This document shows, piece by piece, positions 1 through 12,994 of a DNA stretch of 60,608 nt; position 1 is the stretch's first letter, and each line of letters opens with the position of its first letter. This DNA comes from Albugo candida (Eukaryota). The notes under the pieces were generated by a model. That model saw nothing but the letters and a program-made list of their open reading frames with translations. It made no database searches and was not told the DNA's origin. The stretch is taken from contig JBDOQK010000006.1 in NCBI GenBank assembly GCA_040437565.1, forward strand, positions 744,001-804,608. The letters run 5' to 3'. The translations under genes and the position numbers were made by a program.

Positions 1-893
1 GGCTGCTTTCTCAAAACGTTAGGTCTTGCTTTGGGAGTCTTCCTTGCCCATGATTCACGTGAGATTGATTCATGCAAAATCGGCTCGGTCAACAGAATTT
101 GAGAGAAGTATACTACTCAAAATAGAACCTCGTGTAAAATTTAACAAGAATGGAGCTCCTATAAAGCTCGCTGATTTGTGAAAAGACCATATTCGACTTG
201 ACCCTGGTCATTTAGAATGAGCCAATTCCTAAGACGGAATTGGTATGGACGAAAACACCCCAAGTAATTCTACCATTTCTTTGGCATAAATTCCATCCAG
301 AATATTCAATCACGAAATCAAACCAAGTGGAAACAACTGAAATTTTCAGTTATAAGCAAAATCCTGAAACATGTTACATCGGCTGGAGACTGAATTGGAA
401 ATCCTTGAACATATTGGCCAAAGGAATAGAATTCCACCATTACCCAGCCCCCTCTCTCGCTCTTGATGGATACATTTCACAGCATTTTGGGTAATATACG
501 CATGAACGGGTAACAGGAAATAGTCCTATACTTCAATTTGGAGAATCACAGGAGACCCAACGTATTCACATGCGTTTCCCGAAGACGGACATGCTATGTA
601 CAGAAGTCCGCTTTCCTTATTCGTATCAAATCTGCGAGCACGTCGAGTTCAGCTGCATCAAAAACCAAACAAAGCTGCCAGAATATTTCAAGCAAATCGG
701 AGAGACATTTCCTAATTTATTGCGTTTGGTGAATGGACGCTACCAGGGAAACCGTCAAACGTCAACTCCCCACATCTTAAAAATCAATAGTCAACTATCA
801 TTTACCTCGGGTTGAACATGAAACCAGCACGGGAAAACGAGGTCTTTTAAATTCAACTCGGCTCAATTAATAATGCAACCTGGGGACATTTGT

Positions 894-1098
894 TCTGAAG
901 ACTTATTGCTCACTTAGAAATTTATAACTGCCTAAATATAGGTCCTTAGTTCGCTACCCTGTGCTACCTCTAAGCCTATCATTCTAGGTCCCTCTATAAT
1001 GTTTCTAATGACGTCAGACCATGACGTCATCCTGTGACGTCATGGCCTGTCTAGCTTACAGTCAGCTCAATCTTGTTGCCCGACTCGGCGGCATGACA
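894..1098 (-). repeat. 3' LTR of Gypsy element (205 bp)
   Basis: Near-identical to 3906-4083 apart from a few substitutions, a 1-bp indel and a 26-bp indel; carries 3 TGACGTCA motifs. Confidence 0.93.
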
Positions 1099-1105
1099 TC
1101 TCCCC

Positions 1106-3447
1106 GGACTTGACTTCGCGTTGGCGGTCTCGAAAGTCTGTACTAGTCGCTGCCAATGCGAAACGTGGCGGATAGCTTTCTCCCGTTGCCAAGTACTATC
1201 ACACTNNNNNNNNNNNNNNNNNNNNNNNNNNNNNNNNNNNNNNNNNNNNNNNNNNNNNNNNNNNNNNNNNNNNNNNNNNNNNNNNNNNNNNNNNNNNNNN
1301 NNNNNCGGGAGAAGATGCATATATCGTCCAGATACACGACAACGAAGGTGCCTAGCTTGTCGAACAACGTTCGCATAAGACGTGACCAAACCCCAGGCAT
1401 TCCTGATAACCCCATTGGTGCTACGCACCATTGATACGTTTTCTTGTGGGTTCTTAAAGCCGTATAGGTTCGACTTGATGGCAAAACTACCATTTGATGG
1501 TACCCTATAGCAAGATCGAGAAGCTTAAAATACTTGCATCCAACCATGCGGTCGAATAGTTCTTGGATTAACGGCAAAGGAATTTTTGCCACGACGGACA
1601 TGCTATTCACATAACGGTAGTCAATTACCCAGCGAATGGGAATCTTCGAATTTCTGCTCCGAGCCATTCGGCGCGTTTTGGGAACTTTCCGGTTGTGGGA
1701 TCTTTCTATGGGATTCCAAAAATATTCGAGACCCATGGCGAGTTCGATACTTCTATCCATCCTTTGCGTATATTCTCTTCAACGAATTGCTGCAGTGCGT
1801 CTTGCTCAACCTTCGAAAGACGGAAGGGAGCACGGGCGCGCGGCACCGCATCAGGCTTTATTTGCAGTTCGAAGTTCACTGATCTCTTTGGAGGCATTTC
1901 ATTGGGAAGTTGTTCTGGAAATACGTCCTTGTACTCGTCCAGAACTGTTTTCAACTCCTGCAATATTTCTGATGGCTCTACGTTGGTAACCTTCAGTTGA
2001 TACATCTCCTCATATGCTTCGCTGTTCAGCTTCTCTTGGAAGGTAGGACCATCCACATCTTCGAACTTCGTGTGGGCTTCCACTTCAATATGTTGCGATC
2101 GCCAATCAATCCGTGGGTTGTACTTGGTGAACCATGGTTGACCAAATATTAAGTCATGCGTATCCGGCAGGTTCCATTCCATGAATCGCATCCTTGGGAA
2201 CTCCATACCGTCGATGCGAACGGTATCTTCCACTCTCTTCGTGGGATGACTCGGTGTCCACGTTCCGTCAAAACGACGCGCTTGTACCTTTTGTGCGCTT
2301 AGTATTTTTGAGGCCAGACCAGGCTTGATCAGATTTGTGGACGCACCAGAGTCGATCAAAATCTTGACGGATTTGTTTTCAATGACACCATCACGTACTA
2401 GTAGTTGACCTTGCACTGGCATGTCCGATCCAAAGCTGCTTGATTCTAAGCCAATAGGTTCTACTTCTGTCGTCTTTTGGACCTCTACGGCATTGATCCT
2501 GACGCGGTCGTAAACAGTGGATTCTTGTTCGTCCTCACGGCTTTCCACATTGTTGACTTGCTGACGACTTACGTTTTGCTGATAATTCCGTTCGGAACGA
2601 TTGTTACCTCGATCATTACGTGGCTGGCGCTGTCGACACTGTGCGGAGCGATGATTTGAACTTCCGCACTTGAAGCACAAATTACGGCGGCGACATTCGT
2701 CACGAGACGGAATTTGTACGTAGCTGATGTCCATTGGCTCCGGACCATCGTTCGATCGATATCGACGACTTCTTTCGTATGACCTGTACCGCCGTCTATC
2801 GTGCGAAATTCCTCGAGAGTGTCTCGGCGGATGAGAACGGTCAAAGTCTAACGCAACCGTAATAACTTGGGAGAGTATTGTACAGCGACGGTACTGAACT
2901 TCTTCCCGCGTGCGACCTGTCAGTCCACGGAGAAAGTACATGATCTGGTCCAGCTCGCTCATCTCTCGAACTTGAGTGACTACGTGGCAAACTTGCACAC
3001 ATAATCAGGAAGATCTTCGCAATCGCGCTCTCTCATATTGTTCATATCCTCACGCAGACGCTCTTGCAGATCAGCAGGGACAAATTCACGTTCGACTTTG
3101 CTGAAGAATTCGTCCACGTTTGTGACATACTGTTTTTGCATCGCATACCACTGAGCGGCTCCTTGCTTCAGTGTACCGCCTAAGACAGCGAGTATTCTTT
3201 GAGAAAGTTCTAGACTCTTCCAGTCCACTCCTCTTGCAAAGAAGTATTATTACACTTGCTCCTTGTAGAGTTGAAATGATTCATCCAACCTACCCTCATA
3301 CGTCGGAAGTTTCACACCCTCTAGCTTGATTTCCGAAAGCTGTTTTGATTTTTGAAATTGCTCGAGCAATTGCGCTTGTTTTTCCATACTTTTAGCCATA
3401 GAGTACAGCAATTGTGCATGCTGATCGGAACTCATCGGGGTGGACAT
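1106..3447 (-). pseudogene. Gypsy gag-pol, disrupted (in-frame stop ~3250, frameshifts ~2998 and ~1710)
   Basis: Gag start MSTPMSS; zinc knuckle CFKCGSSNHRSAQC; protease ILIDSGAST; RT IRWVIDYR...YLDDICIFS; chromodomain-like tail STWQREKAIRHVSHW beyond the gap. Confidence 0.9.
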
Positions 3448-3905
3448 TGTTGAACAAATACGATTAGTTAACTCTACGTGGTTGATCTGGGATTCTTTTT
3501 GGCTCTTGGGTGCTTCTCTTGACAGCCTTTGGTCCGGGTTTCAAGGAGGTTTTGGACTTGGAGGTCGGTAGTTGGCTTACGGGTACGGTTTTGTACCCTG
3601 GCGGTCCGGCACAAGGAAGGGACTCGGATAGTTTTGACCCTGTGCTTAGCGATTTCACGTGAGATGCGCAGGTTCACAGTGCTCTCGAATCTGAGCAATT
3701 CACTGGCGTGCGAGAGTAAGCGAGCTTTGATGTTTTTTGCGCGAGTCGGAGCGGTGAGACGTGTCCAGGTGTTTCTCGAGACGGCAAGAATGCAGCTGGT
3801 GCGGTAGGGACGGCGAGCTCGGCGAAGACGGCGATGCTGGAAACGGTGGTCCTGCAGGGACGGCGATGACGGCGGGGACGGCGAGGACCAACAAGTGCTA
3901 CCAGA

Positions 3906-4083
3906 TGTGAAACTTATTGCTCACATAGAAATTTAAAACTGCCTAAATATAGGTCCTTAGTTCGCTACCCTGTGCTACCTCTAATCCTATCATTCTAGGT
4001 CCCTCTATAATGTTCCTAATGACGTCATGGCCTGTCTAGCATACAGTCAGCTCAATCTTGTTGCCCGACTCGGCGGCATGACA
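3906..4083 (-). repeat. 5' LTR of Gypsy element (178 bp)
   Basis: TG...CA termini; abuts the PBS; single TGACGTCA at 4020-4027. Confidence 0.93.
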
Positions 4084-7000
4084 TTTGTACTCTACTTTTC
4101 GAGAATTCGAACATGGAAAGTGAATGGAAATTCGGTTCTTCATTTCTGAGAGCTGTTGACATATTTTTCTACTTCGAACCTGATTCATCAAAAAATTACT
4201 TTAAAGTGAAACAAACAAATCGCGAGTATTTTTAAAGTCTTTATCAGCCTGTGACGAATGGCAAAAGTGATCAGAATTACATAGACCCATCTGATACCAA
4301 CTACAAATATACATTGCAAGCTTGATTTTGTATGCACGTATGTCTAATTTCCTATCGCTGCTGCTTTCTCATGAAACAGGGAGCAACTTATAAAACTCGA
4401 ATAATTTCTCACTGGTTTAACTGTAGAAAAGTAACAATGAGCGTACAGAGCTGTGCAGAGAAATGACGTCTTAGCCAGAGCTCACACGAACGCTAAGCTA
4501 AAATAATATTTGCATCCGAACGCGCTGCTGAGTCGCAAATGTGAGGTAGGTCACCCATTGTATATCGCTGGAGACTCACGTAATGATTGCCGACTTGATC
4601 TTTGCTTCCGTGAATCGCTTCTCTGTTTGCAATATTGTACATTCAAGCGCAGCCATATCACGTGATATAGACAGAATCCCTCGTGTTCCTTCTTCAGAAT
4701 CCTTGAAGTTTTATCTTGTCGGACCACAAGCAGAAAAAAAAAACGTTTTTCCTGCCTTCCGACAAGGGATCATTATTGATCATAGCAGATACCTGACTTC
4801 TTGAATGATAACACACGTTCCATGTTGTTCCACGTAAAATTCCGCGTTCCAGCATAGGATGTACGCTGTCCAGCATTTTGAGAACAAAGCCCGCTTGTCC
4901 ACACGTGGTAAAACGAAGCTGAAGATGACACTCTTGGAGGGTACATAAAGTCGGTGGTGGCTTGCTGGTTCGCAATTTACCTCACATAAGTAGAGGTACA
5001 ACCAAATTGAGTTTCGAGAGTCGACCCAAATCAAATCCCAAGTATATAAAATCAAATTCGAAATACTCACATAGCAGTGTCTTCGACGCATCGAAAACAA
5101 AGATAGTTCCACGTGACCATTCTCCAAGCACAATCGAAGCACACGTTGACCCATACTTATCACCATGATTCCCGCTTATTTTTCTCGATAATATTGTGTG
5201 TTTTAATGCAATGGATACACTAACACCAATAAAAAGCTTGCCGAGTGCACGCATACCCCGTGATAGGCTGTGAAAGACGCCATTTCTTATTGTTTGGCAA
5301 TATTTGGACNNNNNNNNNNNNNNNNNNNNNNNNNNNNNNNNNNNNNNNNNNNNNNNNNNNNNNNNNNNNNNNNNNNNNNNNNNNNNNNNNNNNNNNNNNN
5401 NNNNNNNNNGCAGAGGGTATTTTAATTTAACATTGCAATGTATAATCCTACTTTTTGTCCAAAAAATCGATACCTAACTTGCGTTATTGACCAATTGCTT
5501 CAGATAGTCGTCTTCATAGCTGACCCAAGCTCGGGAGCTTTTGATTCGCCAGTATGGATATTAACATTGTGATCCATCAGAAAAAGAAGAACAGGTGCCC
5601 ATTAACAGAGAAAAGAGTACAGAAATCACACACACTAACCATCCGGTGAGGTCATTTAGTTGATCACACAGTCCTCGCTTGCGTTTGCGTACGAATTGCA
5701 GTTTGGGATCACATAGGGATCCCTTTTGATCTTTCGAAAGATACGATTCGATATTCTGGATTCTTCGTTATCAAGTTGGTGTGTGACGCTTTAGTCAACA
5801 TGAACCACCGTCAAATTCCGATACCGATGTGCAGGAGTCCATGAACGTGCATTTTATAGTCGCTGAGGATCCTCGGTGACGTCTACGACCCCCATCCTTC
5901 TACCATTATAGTTCCCATTCTATATGATATGTCCCAAAATCGGAATCCTGCATCAATAATACCCCCCATGTTGATTTCTTTGGAGACCGTTGGATTAGCC
6001 CCATGAGTAGACCTCCACATAATTCTAAATCACCTTCGATGTCGAGAAGCAAGTCATACAACTACTCTTTATACTTTGGTTGGCTGTATCGAAGATCCAT
6101 TCGAAAAGATCACAGCGGGGGATTGTGGACTTTCAAACCCGTGTCATGATGCCCATGTGTTTGGATGATTGCTGTGGGGATCAGTTTTACATGACATGCG
6201 TGCGAAGACTTGGTCATGTGATAGGATTACTCGTTTTTTCACAGAATCATCCTAAATGATGATAACATGCTCATTAGTCCAACTACATCTCTATAATACA
6301 CAATACACGGAATCGCACAAATTCACAACTAGCTGAGTATTGGCAGATGAATCACATTATTCACATTATTTACGTATGTGCATGGAAGTGTTTCAGGAAT
6401 ATTTCAAACCACAGGTTCTTTCTCACCTTCCTTTACAGTGCTCGTAGATGCGTCAAGTCGAACCACGGACCAAATCCTCGCCCGATACTTCTCCGCAGTA
6501 AGCTGTATTTATGGAAGGATTGCCGAGAGGATGAGGTGGAAAAAAGGTTGGATGTCAAGCAAATATCAACCCGGACCCGGACGTATTTTTTCTGTGGACT
6601 TGAAAACTTTTGATCCGAAGCGATCGGATCCGTGGTAATATGCTTGTAAGCTGGAAACTCGTGTATTCTATACTTGAAATTCCTGTTTTTTATGCTTTGT
6701 GTAATTATTCTTCCCACTTAGAGTGTGACCACAGATACGCACTTCTGCGGTGATCAACATTCTGCTCCAATTGTTACATAAAAGACATTCTTTTGAAAAC
6801 TAGTGCAATTAATTTATTTTGTTTATCCGAGAGAACATTTAACGCTATTCGTTAAAAGCAAATATCTCCAACTGCTTGTGAAACCGTCGTTAAGTAAAGA
6901 TTGGAAAGACTTGATTTACTCGATTAACGGGTAAAAGTCCATAATTGAAACGTTAAGAGATGCGCTAGAGTTTGCTTTCAATGTGAGTTGCTTTGTAAAG

Positions 7001-7375
7001 AACACTTTTCAATGATGCCTACGAAACATTATTTAATATTGAGTGTGGACACTTACCAATAACATTGGTTCGATAACACAGCTACTACTAGGTAATATTT
7101 GGATCGGAGTTGCACTTGCACTCTTCTTACCGGTATCAACCGGCGCCGACTGTCTATCATCACGGAGAGAATACATCAAGATGGAAACACGACGATACTT
7201 CTATGGCAATCAAATTAGAAATATAGATGTATCCAATTAAAAAGAATATCAGCTGTTCCTACTTCCTACATTGATTGTTTGTTTTTTCGACACCATTAGT
7301 TGCTGAAGTTGCTGTACCTGACGCTGCAAGTGGTCAACTGTTGCGCGCAATTCATCCACTATGTGATGTAACTCA

Positions 7376-7933
7376 TCATTTTCGATTTATAAAGGTTTGG
7401 TGAAGTGTCACCATCATTTTGGGTATCAAGACGCTTTGTAACGATAGTAATGCTGGTTGAGACTGCTGTACTTCCTCATGATATTCACCAAGTAGTCGGA
7501 ATGCGTACTGATATTCGGTTTGAACTTTTGTGAGGTTGCTTTTTCGATCCCCTAGTTCTGATAGAGTCGTTTTTAGCTGCAAGGAAAGCTTCCCAATGCA
7601 ATCCTTTTGGTCAGCCACCTCGTTTGTTTTCTGCTGAAGTAGCAGTGTCAATGTTTGATTCATTTCTGTTAGCTCGACTAGCGCCTCATTTTGATGCGTA
7701 AATGCTGACTCCGATTGAGCCTTCGAAGCCCTGAGATTACCAATCTCTCTCTTGAGCGACTCGTTCTCTTTGAGGAGTCTTTGGAGCTCGGTGCTGACGG
7801 TCGCTGAGTTTGCTGAGGCTGCTGGCCGGGTTCGCTGGTGTGGTTGCTCCTGAATTGGAACATAGCCACCACCAACGCGGCGTATGTTGGCGGGTTTAAG
7901 TCGTGAGTTCGTTGTTGTTTGTCTGATGTTCAT
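7376..7933 (-). CDS. Hypothetical coiled-coil protein (may extend to ~7270 in another frame)
   Basis: 185-aa ATG-initiated ORF with heptad-rich ELQRLLKENESLKREIGNLR segment; further coiled-coil-like VDELRATVDHLQRQVQQLQQ just downstream. Confidence 0.6.
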   Translation of the reverse strand: MNIRQTTTNSRLKPANIRRVGGGYVPIQEQPHQRTRPAASANSATVSTELQRLLKENESLKREIGNLRASKAQSESAFTHQNEALVELTEMNQTLTLLLQQKTNEVADQKDCIGKLSLQLKTTLSELGDRKSNLTKVQTEYQYAFRLLGEYHEEVQQSQPALLSLQSVLIPKMMVTLHQTFINRK

Positions 7934-8218
7934 CGTTGGTTAATTTGTTATTGAGAAACAAAGCACTCCGAGGATTAAGCATCGAAGTCGAAAGAATACG
8001 ACAGAAGAAAAGAACATCATTATATTGAGTCTCTTAGCTAGAAATTCGTCGTCTCCGATTCCTATTGTAGCTCCTAGTTTCGTGATGAAGCTTCTTGCTC
8101 AGCGGATATAAATTAGAAAAATTATATGCGAATTGACCACTTCAAGATTGAGTTGACACAAAATGACAAGACAATGGAAGTTTTATGAAGGAATCGTCTG
8201 TTGAATCGAGAAGAAGAC

Positions 8219-10340
8219 ATTATTTACTATTATTATGACCGTTTTCGGGGCGGCATCAAGTCCTTATTATCGGACTCTAGCTTTCACTTACTCCTGACTG
8301 TTTTTTATTCCGGTAGTATAATTCCTGCCTATTGCAGAGACGCTGAGTAAGTTGTTTCTAATGGCACGGTCTTGTTCTATAATTGACAGGGCTTATAGAT
8401 CTACTTTATTGCAGAGACAGACTGGAAGATATGTCGACTCGTAGATCCTTGTCGAGAATAGTTGGGAGGCAGGTAGGTGTACGACCCCGATAGGTGGCAT
8501 GTCACCAGCAGAATCATAGTATCGGAGCATGTTCAACTGAGCTGGAATAGTCTATGCGCGGCAAAGAATATGACCAAAGAGTGTCCATCGAGACCTCTTT
8601 AGGTGGAGTAGAAGCGGTGTATTACAGCGCGTGTACAGATCCGGGTTGCTAATGTGCTGGGGGTAGTGGATACGGAGGTCGCGGCGAAGATGACGACGGT
8701 GATAATTTTCAAGACTGCCAATGTCGCGGTCTATGAGACCTTATGTACCACAGTTGTACAGCAGAATAGGTAACACAGAGACATTATATGAGCGAACGCG
8801 TAGTGTTTCTGGAAGGAGGTGAGGATGGATCCATAGTTGCCAAAAACTTTTAAGGGAAGCTGTTTCATGAGCTTTACGCTGCTGCACGTCTTCGGATTCG
8901 CCAAGGAATGATCCCAGTGTGCGAACGGTACGCCAACTTAGGACGATCGTGTTCGGTGCACGAGCAATAATCGCTCGCCAAGTTTTGCTCACATTGATGG
9001 TCAAAGACCATGCCCGGAATACTCGCTCGGCAACAAGAAGCATATTATCACGACGAGTAGGATCATGGTGAATAAAATCCACATCATCTGCAAAAAGAAT
9101 GGTGCTGAGATCGTGCATGGAAATCTTGAGGTGCGGCATAAATCTCGTACTACCGCTTACAAGTAAACCACAAACAAAAGTGGGGAGAGCGCATCTCCTT
9201 GAGATGTACCATGATTACGTGTGAATGCTGAGTAGCATTTCATATCAAGTCGATTGGAGGGTCGTGGCGCTGAGGAGAGCTTTTATTAACCGGACCTCGT
9301 CTGGATCCAAAATCGAGTTGAGAACTATCAGCAATTGATGTAGGTCGATGGTGTCAAAAGCTTTGTTGAGGTCAATACCGAGAATGTGCATATTGGTCTG
9401 GAAGCGACGCGTTAGAGCGATATTCCATCTTAGGACCTAGACTGCATCAGACAGGCGACTCGAAGTCCACTCTGGCTAGACGAGAGCCACTTATCCACTT
9501 TGTAAGGATGCAATTTAGTATGACCGTGAATATGGTCTTACGAGTGGNNNNNNNNNNNNNNNNNNNNNNNNNNNNNNNNNNNNNNNNNNNNNNNNNNNNN
9601 NNNNNNNNNNNNNNNNNNNNNNNNNNNNNNNNNNNNNNNNNNNNNNNCGTTAGAGCGATATTCCATCTTAGGACCTAGACTGCATCAGACAGGCGACTCG
9701 AAGTCCACTCTGGCTAGACGAGAGCCACTTATCCACTTTGTAAGGATGCAATTTAGTATGACCGTGAATATGGTCTTACGAGTGGGATGAGAAAGGTGAT
9801 CGGTCGAAGGTTGTCACACTTGCCCGTCGGTTTAATAGGCCTCAGAACGGTGTTTATAGCACCGTACATAAGGCTTTCGCGCGTGGATGTGGTGGGGTTC
9901 TGGATATGACGATTTGCTTGCTTTAGCGAGGATGTCGGAAATCACTGGGGTCCTATACTTGAGTAATTCAGCTGGGACGTGATCTGCGACTGGTGCGCTA
10001 TGGTTGTTCAGAGATCGAAATGCTTGTGTAACTTCCTCCTCCGTAATGGGTGATGTCATGCTGTATCTTCCAACATAGACGTCAATGAGATGAGGTTTGT
10101 GAAACTGGGCTGAAAGAAATTCCATGATGACTTGGGCAGTTCCGCTGGAGCAACCAATGATGCGCCCATCATGATCACGTATAAATAGCGCTGACCGCTT
10201 TCGTGGCGTGAGCCGTCAGACGATTCGATACATCCTCTAGCAAAGCTTGTCGATGAGATCGATAGAGCAGTCGGTCGACAGGGTCATCTCTGCTGGTGAT
10301 CATGGCATGGAGATGTCTTTGCGTGCGAGAAAGCACTCAC
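8219..10340 (-). mobile_element. RTE-like non-LTR retrotransposon, 5'-truncated and degraded
   Basis: RT motifs DLNKAFDTI, SQGDALSP, ILFADDV and C-terminal LPILLYNCGT; (TAA)n-like tail at ~8219-8237. Confidence 0.88.
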
Positions 10341-10692
10341 CAATTCACTCAAATGGCCATCGGTACCTATTCGCATCAAAGCCATCGCGAATACCATCAT
10401 CTGACCCTAAATTGATACCGCACACCGTCTCGATCACAACTATGAGACAGCCGAGCTTTCTCGCACGCAAAAACATCTCTGTGCCCTGATCACCAGCAGC
10501 AATGACCCTGTCGACCTGCTGCTTTATCGATCTCACCGACAAGCTTTCCTGCGAACCATCGAAAAAGTGCAAGGAGACGGTGTAACCTAGCACATTATGG
10601 ATCTCAAAAAATACAAATACACGGAGAGGATGTATCAGATCGTCCGACGGCTCACGCGACGAAAGCGGTCAGAGCTATTTATACGTAATCAT

Positions 10693-12994
10693 TATAACGA
10701 AAGCACAACTAGTTCTCAGTGCTAAAAATGGAAAGTAATATTAAGAGTTAAAAACAATTTTAAAAATAAATGTATAAATCCCCTCCTAAACTGATCGCTC
10801 CTTCAAGATTGTTCGAAGAACACTGTCTCTGCAAGTTGCCCTTTTCACGACACATAAACGTCGTGATGCGTAATCCGCTACACGCCCTTTCAACTTGCAC
10901 TCTTGCGAATTCCACTTTCATTGCGTAGTTGCAGTAATTGGGGCGCACCAAGTGGCTTCGTCAAGTAATCAGCAAGCTGCACAGCTGAAGAGATATGATT
11001 GAGTTGGATCTCGCCTCGTTCAATGTGGTACCGAACATAATGCATCCTTAGGTCAATATGTTTAGCTCTTGGTGTATAGCCTTGATTCGTCGCAATACTT
11101 ATCGCCGACTTATTGTCCATGTCCACTGTAGTCGCGGTCTTGCACGTGGCACCCATCTCTTTGAGCAAGTAACGAATCCATATAATTTCTTGTGTAGCAA
11201 GTGCCAGTGCCATATATTCTGAAATAGCAGATGACAAAGCTACCGAAGTTTGGCGTTTGCTTTTGTATACGACAACCGCGCCACCGAGCAAAATCAATAC
11301 ACCAGATGTAGATCGACGAGTCTTCTTGTCACTTCCCCAATTCGNNNNNNNNNNNNNNNNNNNNNNNNNNNNNNNNNNNNNNNNNNNNNNNNNNNNNNNN
11401 NNNNNNNNNNNNNNNNNNNNNNNNNNNNNNNNNNNNNNNNNNNNACTCATGTAATTGATTTCGAAGTTGCACTCGGTTGTGAAGGTTTTTCTTCGCAAAG
11501 AACGTCTTAAGAGCCTCCCACGCCTCAATAGCCGACTCACATTCCCGAACCATAAACTGATAGGTTGGAGAGAGGAGCTTCACCAGCACAGCCAAGGCCT
11601 TCATGTCGGAGACTTTCCATTCGGGATGCTCCTGCAGCACTACAGGCTCTGGCTTGATCCTAACGTGATTCAACAGGTCTTTGCGCGCGAGGGTCATGCG
11701 TGCATTAAATTCCCACATGAAATAGTTGTCATCCGTGAGGATGTCATTGAGAGCTAATGTGTTTGGGCTCATACCCTATGGTGCATGACACTTAAAACCA
11801 GCAAACCCTGATTTTGAATGGCCAATTTTCGGATCATATTACCCTATAATGTTGCCGTTGCTGATTAGCTAAAGTAGATCATAAAACAAGGATATAATGT
11901 TGTCACTGTTGATTGGCTAAAAGTACATCATAAACAATCGTCCTTGCCCTGACCTAGGCTCAGTCATCACCACTAACCACTTACCCGCTTGAAACCTCAA
12001 CCATCAACCTGCATTCCGACTAATATCGTACAATTATGCCTCGCCTAGCAAAGTTAAAAAGGCAAATGCGGAGAGAGGTCAAGCGCGCCAAAACCGATAA
12101 CAGCTCAGGCATTCATATATCTACTGATAGCAGTTCTGGAGAAGACCTGGATGTTTCGGAAGGCAATGATGACGAAAATCTCGACTTCGCATCTGTTGAA
12201 GCAAATATTGGAAGAGCCTATCAAGCAGCTGTTATAGTTCTACCGTTACCAGGATTAAACCAGAAGGCAGCTGTTGGCTGTAATCTTTTGACCAATTACT
12301 TTGCTGTTGCAGGGCCAGTTTTGCAAGAAGCTGAGATTACGGATGAGGGTGACAAAGAGGATGACGACGAGGATGGTGCAGTCTGGACCAGGGAGAGGCT
12401 GACAACCACCATTAACACACTTGCCACTCGAGCAAAGACTGGTAAGGCCGAGTAAAACCGGCGACTTGCAGTTCTTTCTTATCTTCAGCTGGTAAAATCT
12501 GGATATGCGCGAATAGCAGNNNNNNNNNNNNNNNNNNNNNNNNNNNNNNNNNNNNNNNNNNNNNNNNNNNNNNNNNNNNNNNNNNNNNNNNNNNNNNNNN
12601 NNNNNNNNNNNNNNNNNNNAGGAAAATGCCAAAATTCAGACGACTTTGCACCGCTACTGCTCCATGAAAAGTTGAGATAATAAAAATCCGAGACTTGTGA
12701 AGGGAAGCTTAGAGCATGCTCTTTGTTGCCAAAGGCTTCTTTTCTGTGTAATTTGTATTTTGGCCAAGCCTTAGCGATTCTTGCAGGACCACTGAAGTTG
12801 CTGGCTAACGAAAGCACAACTACTTCTCAGTGCTAAAAATGGAAAGTAATATTAAGAGTTAAAAACAATGCTGAGAATGAATGTATAAATACCCTCATAA
12901 ACTGATCGCTCCTTCCAGATAGTTCGAAGACCACTGTCTATGCAAGTTGCCCTTTTTCACGACACATAAACGTCGTGATGTGTAATCCGCTACA
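10693..12994 (-). mobile_element. Ty1/Copia LTR retrotransposon inserted in the RTE copy (interior collapsed by a gap)
   Basis: LTRs at 10693-10882 and 12806-12994 (~93% identical by eye); TSD ATCAT/ACCAT; gag MSPNTLALNDILTDDNYFMWEFNARM; RNase H WGSDKKTRRSTSG...RAKHIDLR...LADYLTK; PBS-like GGGTATGAGCCC. Confidence 0.92.
11779..12805 (+). mobile_element. Insert at the copia PBS/5'-LTR junction, probably a DNA-transposon remnant
   Basis: Separates PBS+TA from TAACGAAAGC of the LTR; 139-aa acidic ORF 12036-12455 that continues past a stop as RRLAVLSYLQLVKSG; imperfect ~50-bp tandem repeat at 11844-11938. Confidence 0.45.

Larger units (their letters stand above)
894..4083 (-). mobile_element. 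Ty3/Gypsy LTR retrotransposon (chromovirus-like), both LTRs and TSD present, interior shortened by an assembly gap
   Basis: Paired LTRs at 894-1098 and 3906-4083; 5-bp TSD TTTGT at 889-893 and 4084-4088; PBS TGGTAGCA next to the right LTR; PPT GGGGAGA at 1099-1105 (minus strand); gag-PR-RT order. Confidence 0.95.

Noticed and set aside
3464-3900. Extra ORF in the Gypsy leader
   Set aside because: No ATG; a GC-rich leader with GCCGTC repeats leaves frames open on both strands by chance.
1-6720. Short Cys-containing ORFs at 240-815 and 4370-6640 as decayed effector (CCG/CHxC-like) genes
   Set aside because: No signal peptide plus CxxC..G motif could be assembled, and the frames are short and interrupted by stops.
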